Source of the DNA: Rhynchobatus australiae
Lineage: Eukaryota
Assembly: GCA_034780895.1 (NCBI GenBank)
Contig: JAUZTB010000107.1
Location: 24,216,428 to 24,280,427, forward strand
Length of the DNA: 64,000 nucleotides
Direction of reading: 5' to 3'
Positions 12,901-24,900 of this stretch are shown piece by piece. How positions within the stretch are numbered: the stretch's first letter is position 1; each line of letters opens with the position of its first letter. The notes beneath the pieces were generated by a model, which was not told the DNA's origin, made no database searches, and saw only the letters and a program-made list of their open reading frames with translations. The translations under genes were made by a program, and so were the position numbers.

Positions 12901-15900
12901 GGTTTATTTGGTGGATTATTTGTGATAGTAACCAATATCTTTATGCACTATAATAGTAATGTTTGATTTTGATCTTAACAGCATTGTAAATAGATGTTGA
13001 TTATTAATAGAATTCACAACGCTGACAGCACCAATGTTTAACCCTTTTCTAGTGTTCGAAGGGAAATGGAGACTGAACAGGAAATAATGCATCAGACTAT
13101 TCAGGACCTGGAAGTAGCCAGCGATTGTTTGTATCTTCCTGATCCAGATACTAAAATATTCAATGTTAACAGAAATCTAACTAGAAAAACTGGATATATG
13201 AATACAAGAAAGTAAGTACCAAATTGCAATGTTCAATTGTTTTCTTGGGTTCTTATGAATAAACAGTCACAGTTTGTGAAGCTCTGATGTATATACTATT
13301 ACATTCTTATCATGGGCAGGATTCTATTCCAAGCTGATTTGCATTGAATTGGTTGCTTTTTTCCCTAAGCACAGTTGGGATGTCAAATACTGACAGGACA
13401 TATACAGTTAAATGGCAGGACCGTGGAAGGTGATGGCAAGACCTTGGGGTGCAAATTCCCCCTGGTGTGGAGATGAGTGGTAGAAATTGGAGGGAGGTAT
13501 TTAAATGTGAGCCATTGTCTTCTTACCATCACAAATTAATGTAGCTTTCCAAACTACCACAGCCAAATGGTGCATCATGCCTTTACAGTTTGCTTTGGTT
13601 GACACCCTATTTTCAGAATGAACACCTCACGTTCAACTTTTACGTAAACTTCTGTGGTACCAGCTGTTACAGTTTCAGAATAAGGGATTGGCTATCTCGG
13701 ACAGAGATGAGAATAAGTTTCTTCACCCAGCAGGTGGTGCACCTTTATAATTCTCTACTCAAGTGGGCTGTGGAGGCTCAGTCATCAAGTATTTTGAAGA
13801 TGGATATTGATAATTCTTTAGATTTTAAGGATATCAAAGGAAATGGGGTTATTGCAGGAAAGTAGTGCCAAAATAAAAGATCAACCTTGATCTCATTGAA
13901 TGGTAGAGCAGGTGTGAGGGTTCAGTGACCTTCTCCTGCTATTTCATGTGTTCATGCAATTGAAAGAGGAGAATGCATTCTGTCACTATAAATAGAATTC
14001 AAATCTGAGTTCCATAGATAAGGCAGGAAGACTGTTAGCTGAAGCCATTGAATAATTTTTGCCAATTAAGCCTGTGTAAGCCTTTGGCCCAAGTAATTGT
14101 TAGTTTCAATTCCCTGACTCTCTCTTAGCCTCACAGTTATTTTCTCTCAAGTTACTTAAGCAGTCCCATTATGAAACTTGGCTGAATCCACTTCCACTGC
14201 CCTTTCAGGCAGTGCATTATAGTTCATTACTGCTCATTGCATAAGAAAAGTACTTTGGTTCTTTTGCCAATGGCTTTTCTTGGTTTTTGAGCCAATGGCC
14301 AAAGTGAATTGGTTCTTTTTATCTTTTTACTTGCATTGATTACATTCTTCACATCCTAAATGGCTCCATCAAGCCCTCAGTCTTTAATGCTCCAAGGGAA
14401 ACCATCACAGCTTTTCTGGTCTATCCATGTAACTGAAGTCCCTTTTATTTCTGCAACAATTCTAGTAAATTTTTACTTGTAAGCAAAAGAACCTCCTCTT
14501 TAGTTCTTCACACCCTTCCCATATTGCAGTGACCAGAATAGGACATANNNNNNNNNNNNNNNNNNNNNNNNNNNNNNNNNNNNNNNNNNNNNNNNNNNNN
14601 NNNNNNNNNNNNNNNNNNNNNNNNNNNNNNNNNNNNNNNNNNNNNNNGCAGTGACCAGAATAGGACATAGATAGGATATAAAGGTTCTATGTAGCTTCCA
14701 TGGTTTTGCATTGCATGTCTGTTTTATTTAAGGCCAGATTTTTGTGCTTTTTTTAAAATCAACTTTTCAACTACTGTTGTAAATCTTAGAAATTTATTGA
14801 CTTACAGCACCTGAGTTCCTGTTTCTCCACCTCCCCTTTAGAATTGTATCCTTTAGGTTATGTTGCCTCTTTTTCTTTCTATCAAGATGTATAATTTTCG
14901 ATACCTCTTTGTTAAATCTCATCAGCCATGTGCTTGCTCATTCCACAACTGGTCTATTTTCTCTTAAAGTCCATCTTTATCCTTTCTTGAAGTTTATGTT
15001 TATCTTCTCGTTTACCATTTTAGTATCATCTGCACATTTTGAAATTGTACACAGACCAGACCAACATATCAATATATCTCAAAAAAAGTAAAGGTCCTTC
15101 ATTCTGAGTTGGCCATAAAGAAATGACTTCTTAATTCTTGATGGCAACTTGTTTGATCAATTCCATCAGACTCTCCATTTTCTCTTCCTACTTTTAAACA
15201 AAAACATGATTTTTAAAAAATTCTCAACTCTTCTTCTGTGCTTTGCAATGAGATCAATTTCCTTTCTGTCTGAACATCATGGTTGATGCTTTTTCTCACT
15301 TTGTATATCCAAGTGTTTGAACTAACCAACTCTACTTGTTATTTAAATTGGGATGAAATTTCATAAAAATTAGCCTTGGAAACAACTGGAGATGAAACAA
15401 TAATGTGGTCGATTGAAGTGTGTACACCTCGGAATGACCATTGCAAAGTTGGTTCCAAGTTATTTTGTGGTTATTGAATTTGGATGTCATACGAACTTGT
15501 ATTTTACCATCTTAAATAATCTGCACATTTGGATTTCAGTAAAACTCGGTTGGTATCTTCTACCTGGGAAAGACATTATTACTTCACCCAAGGTGGGAAC
15601 TTGATGCGGCAGGCTCGAGGAGATGTTGCAGGAGGTCTTGTCATGGACTTGGACAACTGCACTGTTATGGCGGTAGATTGTGACGACCGAAGATATTGCT
15701 TTCAGATTACTGCCTTTGATGGAAAAAAGTAAGAATTTTCCAAATCTATGATCATTTTAACTTGTGTTATCCTTCAAGGAATGTATTGTCTTGTATCCTG
15801 CAGATGTGATTCATATTTTGGAAAATAAAATGTACAATAGTTAAATTAGAAGAGAAAGCATGAAGGCCCATTGCAGGCCTTGGGGGATGATGGAAGACAT

Positions 15901-18900
15901 TGCAAGCTCCAGTAATTATATTTCATTGCTCTGTTGACTGTAGATAAGAGCTGGATGTTCAATGATGTGGCAATGTAGTATCCATTTTTAGGTTGATCTA
16001 AGTCAGTTGTCATCTGTGGTAGTGTTCTTTTAGAAGTAAGAACAAAATTGTCACATTCTTATGTTTTTTTTGTATAACAATGTCAGACTGTATATTAGTC
16101 CATGAGATATTTGTACTGAATTTAATGCAAAGCAACTTTAGGTAGTATGTCAAAGGAACAACCAACCAGATTCTACTTTATTCAAAAGTGGCTTATATTA
16201 AAATTGGGGATTGGATATTGATCTGGATTAGGAACTCCAGGTTCCTAATGCTAAGGTCAGTTGAAGCAGTCGTGTATGCTCTAGTGAAGGTTAATTTGCC
16301 AGTGAAGAATGAGAATTGAACCTCAGACCATTAGTTTATACCTAAATTGCAAGATGAACTTCAAAAAATGTGGTTGAGTGGCAGATAGGACAGATGAAAT
16401 TGTGATCAACTAATATTGACTTTTTATTAATAGCATATTAATTTGCAAAAGTCAGTTGGCATATTTGTGTCAGTGTAGACTACACCAGCATGTACGATAA
16501 ATCAGAAGAATATCAAGGAGTCTAGTGGTGAGATGAAAACCATTTTGCAGTGGCATCTTGCAGAACTAGTAATTTACCATGACCAGTGCAGCTGATATAT
16601 GGTATCATAAAGTTTCCCTTTTAATCATACTGACTTGAAAATAAATCACTGTTTCGTTGTCACTGGATTAATATTGGAACTCACTACAATGGGTTCCTTT
16701 CATACACAGACTGCAGGGTTAGAAGAAGGCAGCTCACCAAATGCAATTAGGAATGGGCTTTAAATGCTGGCCTTGCCAATAATGTCCACATCCCATAAAG
16801 GATTTAAGGGATAGTTGCAGACTTTTAAAAGGTCAAGTACTGTTGTCTTAAATGCTTATGGTGGCTGTAATTTAGTCTTTTGTTAATTTACTGTATGATA
16901 TGATTTGACACACTTTAATCTTAGCTCTTTGGGGGAAAAATTTAATACATTTTTCTTAATATTTTCAGAGCTGTTATTGTACAAGCAGAGAGTAAAAAAG
17001 AGTGTGAAGAGGTAAGCTTTCACAAACTGAATAAAACTTGCAAACTGTACTTAAATTTAAAAAAAAATGCGACTGAATTGCGGAAAGGACAAATGAAATT
17101 TTGGTCAGGTAACACTGACTTTCTTAGTAATAGCATTAATTTGCAGAAGTCAATAGGCATATTTGTTTCTGGGGAAGCAACTTAAACTACATAAAAGTAT
17201 GTTTTAAATATATTTTACTTCATTGTGGTGGTGTTCTGTGGTTTCTGTTCAGAACCAACCCCTGTCTTTCCAAAGTCAAAATTGAGTTTATTGTCTTATG
17301 CACAAGTACATGTATGCACAGGTGCAATGAAAAACTTGTTTGCAGCAGCATCGCATACACATAACATCATATAAGCAACATTATCTTATAAGCAGCATTC
17401 ACAAGAAAAACATAAACATAAATTATACGCAATTTTTACAAGAAAAAACACAATTAGAATAAAAAAACCAAAGAGATCAGTGTGGTCATAGTGTTGCTAA
17501 ACTGTAGCAATTAGTGTTTTGCCAGTTGGTTCAAGAATCGAATGGTTGAAGGGAAGCAGCTGTTCTTGAACCTGGTTGTGTGGGACTTCAGGCTTCTTTA
17601 CTTCCTGCTCAGTGGTAGCTGCGAAAAGATGGCATGGCCTAGATGGTGGGGATCTTTGATGATGGATGCTGCCTTCTTGAGGCAGCACCTCCTGTAGATA
17701 CTACCAATGGTGGGGAGGAATGTGACTGTGATGTACTGGGCAGAGTCCACTACTCTCTGCATCTTCCTCAGATGTTAACAATAATTTTCAGTGTAGATTG
17801 CCAAATGAGCAGGGTGGCATTTTACTCTGACAGCTCAGCTGCTTCTCTCCCTCAAGGCCCTGGTTGAGGAGGCATAGCCCCAAGAGTTGGCCCAATTTCA
17901 TCCCAGAAGCAGGGTTCAAATTCCTGCTGCAGCCACTCACTAATGGGATAAGTTCACTTCTTGAAACCTCCATGGTCAGTCCACCACTCCCATTGTTCAT
18001 GCATATTTCTTTATTGGATATGTGGAACAATCCTTGCTTTAGTCCTATTCAACTGTTTTTCTATTATATTGATGTCTGGTTTGTGCATCAGTACATAACT
18101 CTCAAATTTCATTACTTTTGCTGCCAATTTCCACCCTGCTTCACTTTCACATGGTCCATGTCTATTTTTCTCTTTCGTTTCTTGGCATCTCTATCTCCAT
18201 TTCGGGGAAATGTTAGCTATCATATCCGTTATAGTAGCCAGGATGTGGGGTACAAATTACAGCAGGAGATAGAAAAGGCATGTAGAAAAGGCAATGTTAC
18301 GGTGGTCTGTGGGGATTTCAATATGCAGCTACATTGGGGAAAATCAGGTTGGTGCTGGATTCCAAGAAAAGGAATTTGTAGAATGCCTACAAGATGACAT
18401 TCACCCTGATCGAATTCACCCTGAAGTTTGAGAGGCAGAAGCTCAAATCAGATGTATGGGTATTACAGTTGAATAAAAATAACCACAGAGGCATGAGAGA
18501 GGAGCTGGCCAAAGTTGATTGGAAAGGGACCCGATCAGGGATGACGGTAGAGCAGCAGCAACAGGAGTTTCTGGGGGTAATTCAGAAGATGCAGGATCAG
18601 TTCATCCCAAAGAGGAAGAAGCATTCTAAAGGGAGGATGAGGGAACTGTAGCTGACAAGGGAAGTCAAAGATAGTATAAAAGCAAAAGAGAGGGCATACA
18701 ATATTGCAAAAATTAGTGGGAAGCTAGAGGATTGGAAAGCTTATAAAAACCAAAACAAGACAACTAAAAAAGCAATAAGGTGAGAAAAGATGAAATATGA
18801 AGGTAAGCTAGCCAATAATATATAAGAGGATACCAAAGGTTTTATCAGATATATAGAGTGTAAAAGAGAAGCAAGAGTAGACTGCTGGAAAATGATGCTG

Positions 18901-21900
18901 GAGAGATAGTAATGGGGAACAAAGAAATGGTGGATGAACTGAATATGTATTTTGCATCAGTCTTCACTGTGGAAGACACCAGTGACATGCCAGAAATTAG
19001 TGAGAGTCGGGGCCAGAAGTGAGTGTAGTCACTAATGTTAAGGAGAAAGTGCTTGAGAAAGAAACTGAAAGGTCTGAAGGTAGATAAGTCACATGGACTG
19101 GATAGACTACACCCCAGGGTTCTCAAAGAGGTAGCTGAAGAGATGGTGGAGGCATTAGTAGTGACCTTTCAAGAATCACTAGAGTCAAGAATGGTTCCAG
19201 AGGACTAGAAAATCGCAAATGTCACTCTATTCTCTAAGAAGGGAGGGAGGCAAAAAACAGGAAATTATAGGCCAGTTAGCCTGACTTTAGTGGTTGGTAA
19301 GATGCTAGAGTCCATTATTAAGGATAAGGTTTCAGGATACTTGGAAGTTCATGATAAAATAGGCTGAAGTCAGCATGGTTTCCTTAAGGGGAGACCTTGC
19401 CTGACAAATCTGTTAGAATTCTTTGAGGAAGAAACAGGCAAGATAGACAAAGGAGAGTCAGTGGAAGTTGTTTACTTGGGTTTTCAGAAGGCTTTTGANN
19501 NNNNNNNNNNNNNNNNNNNNNNNNNNNNNNNNNNNNNNNNNNNNNNNNNNNNNNNNNNNNNNNNNNNNNNNNNNNNNNNNNNNNNNNNNNNNNNNNNNGA
19601 CTGGCAGAAGGCAAAGAGTGGGAATAAAGGGGGCCTTTTTTGGCTGGCTGCCTGTGACTAATGGTGTTCCGCAGGGGTCAGTGCTGGGTCTGCTACTTTT
19701 CACATTATATGTTAATGATCTGGATGGCAGCATTGTGGAGTTTTGGCCAAGTTTGCAGACGATACAAAGATAGGTGGAGGGGCAGGTGGTGTTGAGGAAG
19801 CAGGGAGTCTGCAGAAGGACTTGGACAGGCTGGGAAAATGGGCAAAGAAATGGTAGATGGAGTATAGTATAGAGCACTGTACGTTTCTGTACTTTGGTAG
19901 AAGGAATAAAGGCATAGACTATTTTCTAAATGGGGAGCAAATTCAGAAACTAAAGTGCAAGGGGACTTGGGAGTCCAGTGCAGGATTCCCTAAAGGTTAA
20001 CTTGCAGGTTGAGTCGGTAGTAAGGAAGACAAATGCAATGTTAGCATTCATTTCGGGAGGACTAGAATATAAAAGGAATGATGTAATGCTGAGGCTTTAT
20101 AAGGCACTGGTCAGACCATATTTGGAGTATTGTGAGCAGTTTTGGGCCCTATATCTAAGGAAGGATATGCTGGCATTGGAGAGGGTCCAGAGGAGATTTA
20201 TAAGAATGATCCTGGGAATGAAAGGGTTAACACGAAGAGTGTTTGATGGTTCTGGGCCTGTACTCACTGGAGTTTTGAAGGATCGGGGGGGAGGTCTCAT
20301 TGAAACCTACCAAATATTGAAAGGCCTGGATAGAGTGGATGTCGAGGGGATGTTTCCAGTAGTGGGAGAGTCTAGGACCAGAGGGCACAGTGTCAGAATA
20401 GAAGAAAGTAACTTCAGAACAGAGAGGAGGAATTTCTTTATCCAGAGAGTGGTGAATCTGTGGAATTCATTGCCACAGATGACTGTGGAGGCTAAGTCAT
20501 TGGGTATATTTAAAACAGAGGTTGATAGGTTCTCGATTAGTAAAAGATTATGGGAAGGAGGCAGGAGAATGGAGTTGAGAGGGAAAAATAAATCAGCCAT
20601 GATCAAATGGCAGAGCAGACTCAAAGGACTGAGTGGCCTAATTCTGCTCCTATGTCTTATGGTCTTATAAGTCTATTGACTCCCACAGATATTTCAACTA
20701 CACTCTGCTTCCTGTAGAACTCCATTCTCCATTCTTTGTCTCTGTTGTATCTGTTATGATAACAAGACTTTCTGTACCAGTGCCTTTTAAAATGTCTTTC
20801 TTTTTATTTAACTATGTTTCCCAACCACTATAGTTGACAGGACATTCAACCATGTCTCCTTTATTTCACATCCTTCTATTCTTACCCTCTGTCTTCCCAG
20901 CCATAACAAGCCAGCGTTTCTCTTGTAAATTAGGTCACTGCTTTGCAGAACATCTTCATTCATTTGCAAGAGTGACCTGTCTACACTTTTTGCTGCGTCG
21001 GTAAAGCAGCCAATATAATTGAAGACCCCACCCACGCCAGACATTTCTCTCTTCTTCCCCTCCCATCAGGCAGAAGATTCAAAACCCTGAAAACACGTAC
21101 CACCAGGCTCAAGGACAGCTTGAGACTATAAGACTATTGAACAATCCCCTAGTGCGATAAGATGGACTCTTGACCTCACAATCTACCTCATTATGGCCTT
21201 TCATCTTATTGTGTAACTGCAGTGCACTCTCTCTGTAACTGTAACACTTAATTCTGCATTCTATTATTGTTTTTACATTGTACCACCTCAATGCACTGTG
21301 GTAACGATGTATGGATGGTATGCAAGACAAGTTTTTCACTGTAGTTCGGTACATTTGACAATAATAGACCAATTTACCAATTTTACTTTAATTCTCCATT
21401 CCACTCCCATTCTGATCTTTCTGTCTCTTAAGCTCAAAGAACAGCACCTCATCTTACAACTGGTACATTGTAGTCCTCTGGAGTTAATATTGAATTTAAC
21501 AATTTCAGGTTACCATCTTTTTTCTCTCTCTTTCTCTGCACATGTGATAGTGCCTCTGTTTCTTTTCTGTTTGTTTTTGAAGCAATTGTAACTTTTTGTC
21601 ATTTTTATTCCACACTTTATCACAGATGTTTTCTATATTCTCTTCACCCTCCTCCTCTCTACAACTTAAAACTTGCATGTTTTTTCACTTTTCCAGTTCT
21701 GATAAAAGATCCTTTATCTGAAACATTGACTCTGTTTCTCTCCCTACTGATGCTGCAGGGTCTGCTGAATTTTTCCAACCTTTTCTGTTTTCAATTCACA
21801 TTTCTCAGTTCCCTTAAATAATACTATAATATCCATGTTGTGTGATGGGAAGAGAAAGTTCTTTTTAAAATGAATATTTTAAAAATATTTATGGATGCCT

Positions 21901-24900
21901 TGAAAATATTTTTTTGCAGTGGATTACAACAATCAATAACATTTCCAAACGAATCTACCTCAGTGAGAACCCAGAAGTAAGTTTGCAGACTATTGTTACT
22001 GATTATTTTATATTTGCAGCAATAAATGAAAGAATCAATGCATGCCTCAAGTTGCTAAAATTCATAAAGCTACAGGATTACTCTTCTAGTAACTTATGTG
22101 CAACAATTTTTCTTAATTCTGTTTTCTAATTCCAAAGCAACCATTCATAATGGCTAAAATACATTTTTTTTCGTGGAAAGGTTCTGTGATTTGAAATTCC
22201 TCTAGAAAATTCAAGATTTCAGAATGGTGTAAACCTGAGAATTAACATGGAGATGAACTTTATTAGAAACATGAAAAGTCTATGTTTAAAAAAAATGGGA
22301 ATCCTACCTTAGTTTATTTTTAATTCATATCTGTGGTGAGCATGTCACAGGCAAAGCCAGTTTTGCAACTGCCTTAAGAAGGTGATGGTGAGCTACCTTT
22401 TGGAATCACTGCAGTCCTAGTAACAGAAGCAGGAGCAGGTCATTTGGCCCCTTGTGCCTACCGTGCCCCTCAATCATTGAGTAAGATCATGGCCGTTCTT
22501 CTTCCTCAGGACCACTTTCTTATAGTAATCTCATTTCCCTTGATCTCCTTAATATCTATAAATATACCAAGTTTCAATGATTGAGCCTCTACAGGTCTAC
22601 TGATTTAATAAATTCCAAAGATTATGGGTCCTACATGGCCAACTCCTTATTTTAAGACTATCACACCTGGTTCTAGACACGCCAGCCTGGGGGAACATCA
22701 TCTCTGGATCTACCATTATCAAGCTTGGTAAGAACTTCATAGGTTTCATTGAGATCACCTCTCGTTCTTCTTAACTTCAGACAGTATAGTCCCAGTCTGC
22801 TTAATCTCTCCTGAAAGGATAATCACTCCATCCCAGGAATTGACCTGGTTAATCTTCACTGAATTCCTTCTGATGAAGATATTTCCTTCCTTGGGTAGCA
22901 TAACCAGACCTCATTTCTGTCTGTTACCAATTTACATGGTTATTCTACATGTTATAATCATCCTCTCCACATCCCTGTAGCTGTCAACTCTTTTTTTTTA
23001 AACCACATGTGGAGTATTGTGCACATCTCCTTTGAAGAGATGTTAAACAGACTCTGGCTTCTATCCCAAGACCTCTGAAGACCTTGTATGTTTCAGTGAT
23101 GTCATCTTCTTAACTTAAGTGGATCCAAGCCTAGTCTGTCCAACCTTTCCTCAGAAGACAACTCACCCATTCCAAATATATTTCTCTGAAGTGTTTCCAA
23201 TGCATTAACACCCTTACATTAACAAGTACATAGTACTCCAGTTGTGTTCTCGCCAATGTCCTGTACAATTGAAGCAAAACCTCTCTACTTCTACATTCAA
23301 TTCTCCTCATAATAAACTACAAGATTCTGTTAGTCTTTCTAATTGCTTGCTATACCTGCACGTTAGCCTTTTGAGAATCATACACTAGGATACCCATGAT
23401 TTTCTTTATTTCAGAGCTCTGCAATCTCTCATCATTTAGATATTTCCCTTTTTTTTTCATTTTTTTTCTCCTAGGGTAATTATTTATGAAGCTGGCATAT
23501 TTATAAATGCAGATATTGGATAATTTGCTTTTTCCTTTAAAACTATTTGAATCATAAAGAGTATAATAATGTTAACTGCAGCATTTATGGGATGATTTGG
23601 TGACCACAGAAATAGCTGAAATCAAGTTATAATTCAGCTTGAGTAATCATTGTTACACTTGATTTTGGGTAACCTGAGGTTTGATGGTGATTGTATAATG
23701 TGAAATTTTCAGTGAATATTATGCTCTTGACACTGAATATCTTAAAAGAATATAATCTTAAGGCATGCATTTTCTTTCTATGGTTCTGTATCATTGGTAA
23801 GCAAAAATAATTATTTTACTTAATGGAATCATCCACTTCTAATGTTGAGCTTGTAATTATGGAAGTTTGTGGCATTCATGGATAAGCTTTTGTTGCTATC
23901 ACAGGAATTGGCTGCTCGAGTAAACCAGACTGCTCTGGAGGCCATTACACCCTCTCCTTCATTTCAACAGCGGCACGACGGCTTAAGGCCTACAGTGTAA
24001 GTAGAAATATAGCCTCTCAGAATCCAATTCCAGAACATTCATTGTTGTGTCCTTTTTTGAAAAATAATTATGCATCTAACCATTCTGAACCTTAAGTTCA
24101 TGTTGTTCATATTTAACTGGTGTAAATAGACGTCTTATTTGTAAACATTTTTAAATGGCTTTGGTGACTATTAAATGCCCTGTTTTTCTAATGTGCATTA
24201 TATTAAGCTTTGTGACTCAAACCTTGCTGTTCAAAAAATTGTTCTATAAATGCCCTCAATGAGGAAAGACCCAGGTTGTTGACTAAAGTAAGTTGTCAAC
24301 TAAACTTTTGTGGGCTGTATGGAAGCATCCAAGTCTAAGGGTCTCGTATTATTCCATTTTCTGATGAAGTTGTATGGATTTCAAGCTGAAATAATTATTT
24401 CATGGAACATTAACATGCAATTTAACTACCAATGAGGCTAAAAGACTAAAGGCCATCCTTTCTAAACATCTAGGCCATGAAATACAAACAAGCAAACCAC
24501 TTAAGAGAGAATTGTAGGATATACAAGAATAGTGATGAAAATAGAATCAGGAGGAAAGTGGATAAGTACATGAAAAGGGTGAGGTGAAGAGGCAGGGGAA
24601 TAAATGAAATCAGACAATGGATCCAATTGTTTTCTTCCATGTTTGAGGGAGATTCAATGGATTCTACATTATTAGAACATAAGAGTAATTTTCAGCCTTA
24701 TCATAAAGTTATAACTGGTCAGGAATGTGAACATGAACCTGGATCTAACCATGTTGTCATCAAGTTTCATCCCTCATATTATTTCTTAGAAGTATTCTTT
24801 CTGAAAGGAAAATTGAGAACATAATACAAATTAAGGGAATATTCATCTCCAATTCTTTTTTTTGTTAAATTTCCTGAAACAGTCACAACAGACCTCGCCC

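Larger units (their letters stand above)
17975..21810 (+). mobile_element. Decayed Penelope-like retroelement interrupted by CR1 and Rex1-like insertions
   Basis: RT remnants QLFFYYID...FTFTWSMS (18050-18230) resume at 20669 as K-S-I-D-S-H (KPTDSH-like); GIY-YIG tail KLKEQHLIL at ~21430; terminal repeat at 21690-21800. Confidence 0.65.

Noticed and set aside
14526-14670. Direct repeats flanking 100-N gaps (also at ~7930/8040, ~27405/27515, ~28635/28759, ~36442/36548, ~37984/38101, ~49250/49389, ~57225/57355)
   Set aside because: The same sequence sits on both sides of fixed-length gaps, which indicates unmerged overlapping contig ends. These are assembly artefacts, not tandem repeats, TSDs or CRISPR-like arrays.
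17864-18397. 177-aa ORF
   Set aside because: Chance read-through across a decayed Penelope RT and the CR1 junction.
19978-20670. 230-aa ORF as a possible novel or domesticated gene
   Set aside because: It is the CR1 ORF2 C-terminus with internal frameshifts and no exon structure, and the upstream RT has multiple stops.
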